This document shows positions 63,697 to 64,000 of a stretch of DNA of 64,000 bases, piece after piece. The position numbers and the translations under genes are program-made. Position 1 is the stretch's first letter. Each line of letters opens with the position of its first letter. The notes below the pieces were generated by a model. It worked only from the letters and a program-made list of their open reading frames with translations, was not told the DNA's origin and did no database searches. This DNA comes from a virus, in IMG/VR virus record IMGVR_UViG_3300045988_173816, positions 192,001 through 256,000 of that record. One strand, given 5' to 3'.

Positions 63697-64000
63697 GTTA
63701 GGTCAAAAAGGACAAGAATTACTGCAGTATCTAACTGCGTTCTTCGATAAATACGTTGAAGGTGAAGGTTCTCTAAGTGTCCAAGTTAATTCAGAAGAAA
63801 CAACAGAAGAGCAAGCTTTATTTTTAAAGGAGAACAAAAAACTCTTAAAATCGGTTGGGTTACTAGATACAAGTCATTCTGTGAAAGACTTAGGTATGTC
63901 TAAACAAGAGCGAGAATTGGAGGGTTCTTTTTACACTCCTTTAGTTTGGGGTAGAAAAGCTCATGAACTTCTAAGTGACATTCCAAATTTGGAAGACTAT
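63689..64000 (+). CDS. partial CDS running off the window; possible N6-adenine DNA methyltransferase N-terminus
   Basis: GTG at 63689 overlaps the upstream stop, and the frame is open to base 64000. The segment EGSFYTPLVWGRKAHELL resembles the G.FYTP motif of gamma-class methyltransferases. Confidence 0.35.
   Translation, partial: MVKLGQKGQELLQYLTAFFDKYVEGEGSLSVQVNSEETTEEQALFLKENKKLLKSVGLLDTSHSVKDLGMSKQERELEGSFYTPLVWGRKAHELLSDIPNLEDY

Noticed and set aside
1-64000. Apparent ~530-bp periodicity of GGTATC sites (gaps such as 527, 529, 527, 527, 532, 533 and near-doubles around 1060)
   Set aside because: This rests on hand-derived coordinates, and many gaps do not fit. It cannot be established without an exact autocorrelation. 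I claim only the weaker statement that very short gaps are scarce.
1-64000. GTATCC being a known Type IIS recognition sequence (BciVI/BfuI), as an explanation of the motif
   Set aside because: Restriction pressure normally depletes sites. It cannot explain a many-fold enrichment in one orientation, and at best relates to the absence of inverted copies.
1-64000. Interpretation as a tailed prophage or jumbo phage
   Set aside because: No terminase, portal, capsid, tail or holin signatures were recognised. VirB4-like and FtsK-type ATPases plus a TM-anchored CHAP hydrolase point to conjugation instead.

Overview
AT-rich DNA with Firmicutes-style signals: TTGACA-17 bp-TATAAT promoters, GGAGG-type RBS, and hairpin plus T-run terminators. 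Every credible gene (about 70) is on the + strand. All minus-strand and alternate-frame ORFs in the track look spurious. The content fits the backbone of a large conjugative or extrachromosomal element, not chromosome or a tailed phage; no capsid, terminase or tail genes were recognised.

Four blocks are present.
(1) DNA-metabolism genes: DnaX-like clamp loader (4007-5323), NrdH-like redoxin, SNF2 helicase (33462-35189), DnaB-like helicase (43108-44700), a primase zinc-finger protein (47029-47655), a RuvC-like nuclease (47655-48587), a degenerate LigA-like protein (49691-51079), and a ParB-HNH fusion (51086-52726).
(2) A Gram-positive type IV secretion-like block (about 11988-32021). It encodes signal-peptide/TM proteins, two giant surface/membrane proteins, a three-domain cell-wall hydrolase, a VirB4-like ATPase and an FtsK/SpoIIIE-type coupling ATPase. 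No relaxase was recognised.
(3) Three TnpB elements. One IS607-type element carries a group I intron (an IStron) and splits a YdjM-family gene (8659-11258). A second IS607 copy has no intron and splits another gene (59928-61965). The third is a solo TnpB that lacks the zinc finger (35302-36723).
(4) A split HipA-like (HipS/HipT-type) kinase operon (57113-59632).

The most unusual signal is not a gene. The motif GGTATC(C) occurs about 100 times on the + strand, and its reverse complement only once. It falls in all three reading frames and is spaced more evenly than chance. Both IS607 copies sit at GGTAT sites.

All family calls come from motifs read by eye. No database search was possible, and the counts are manual.
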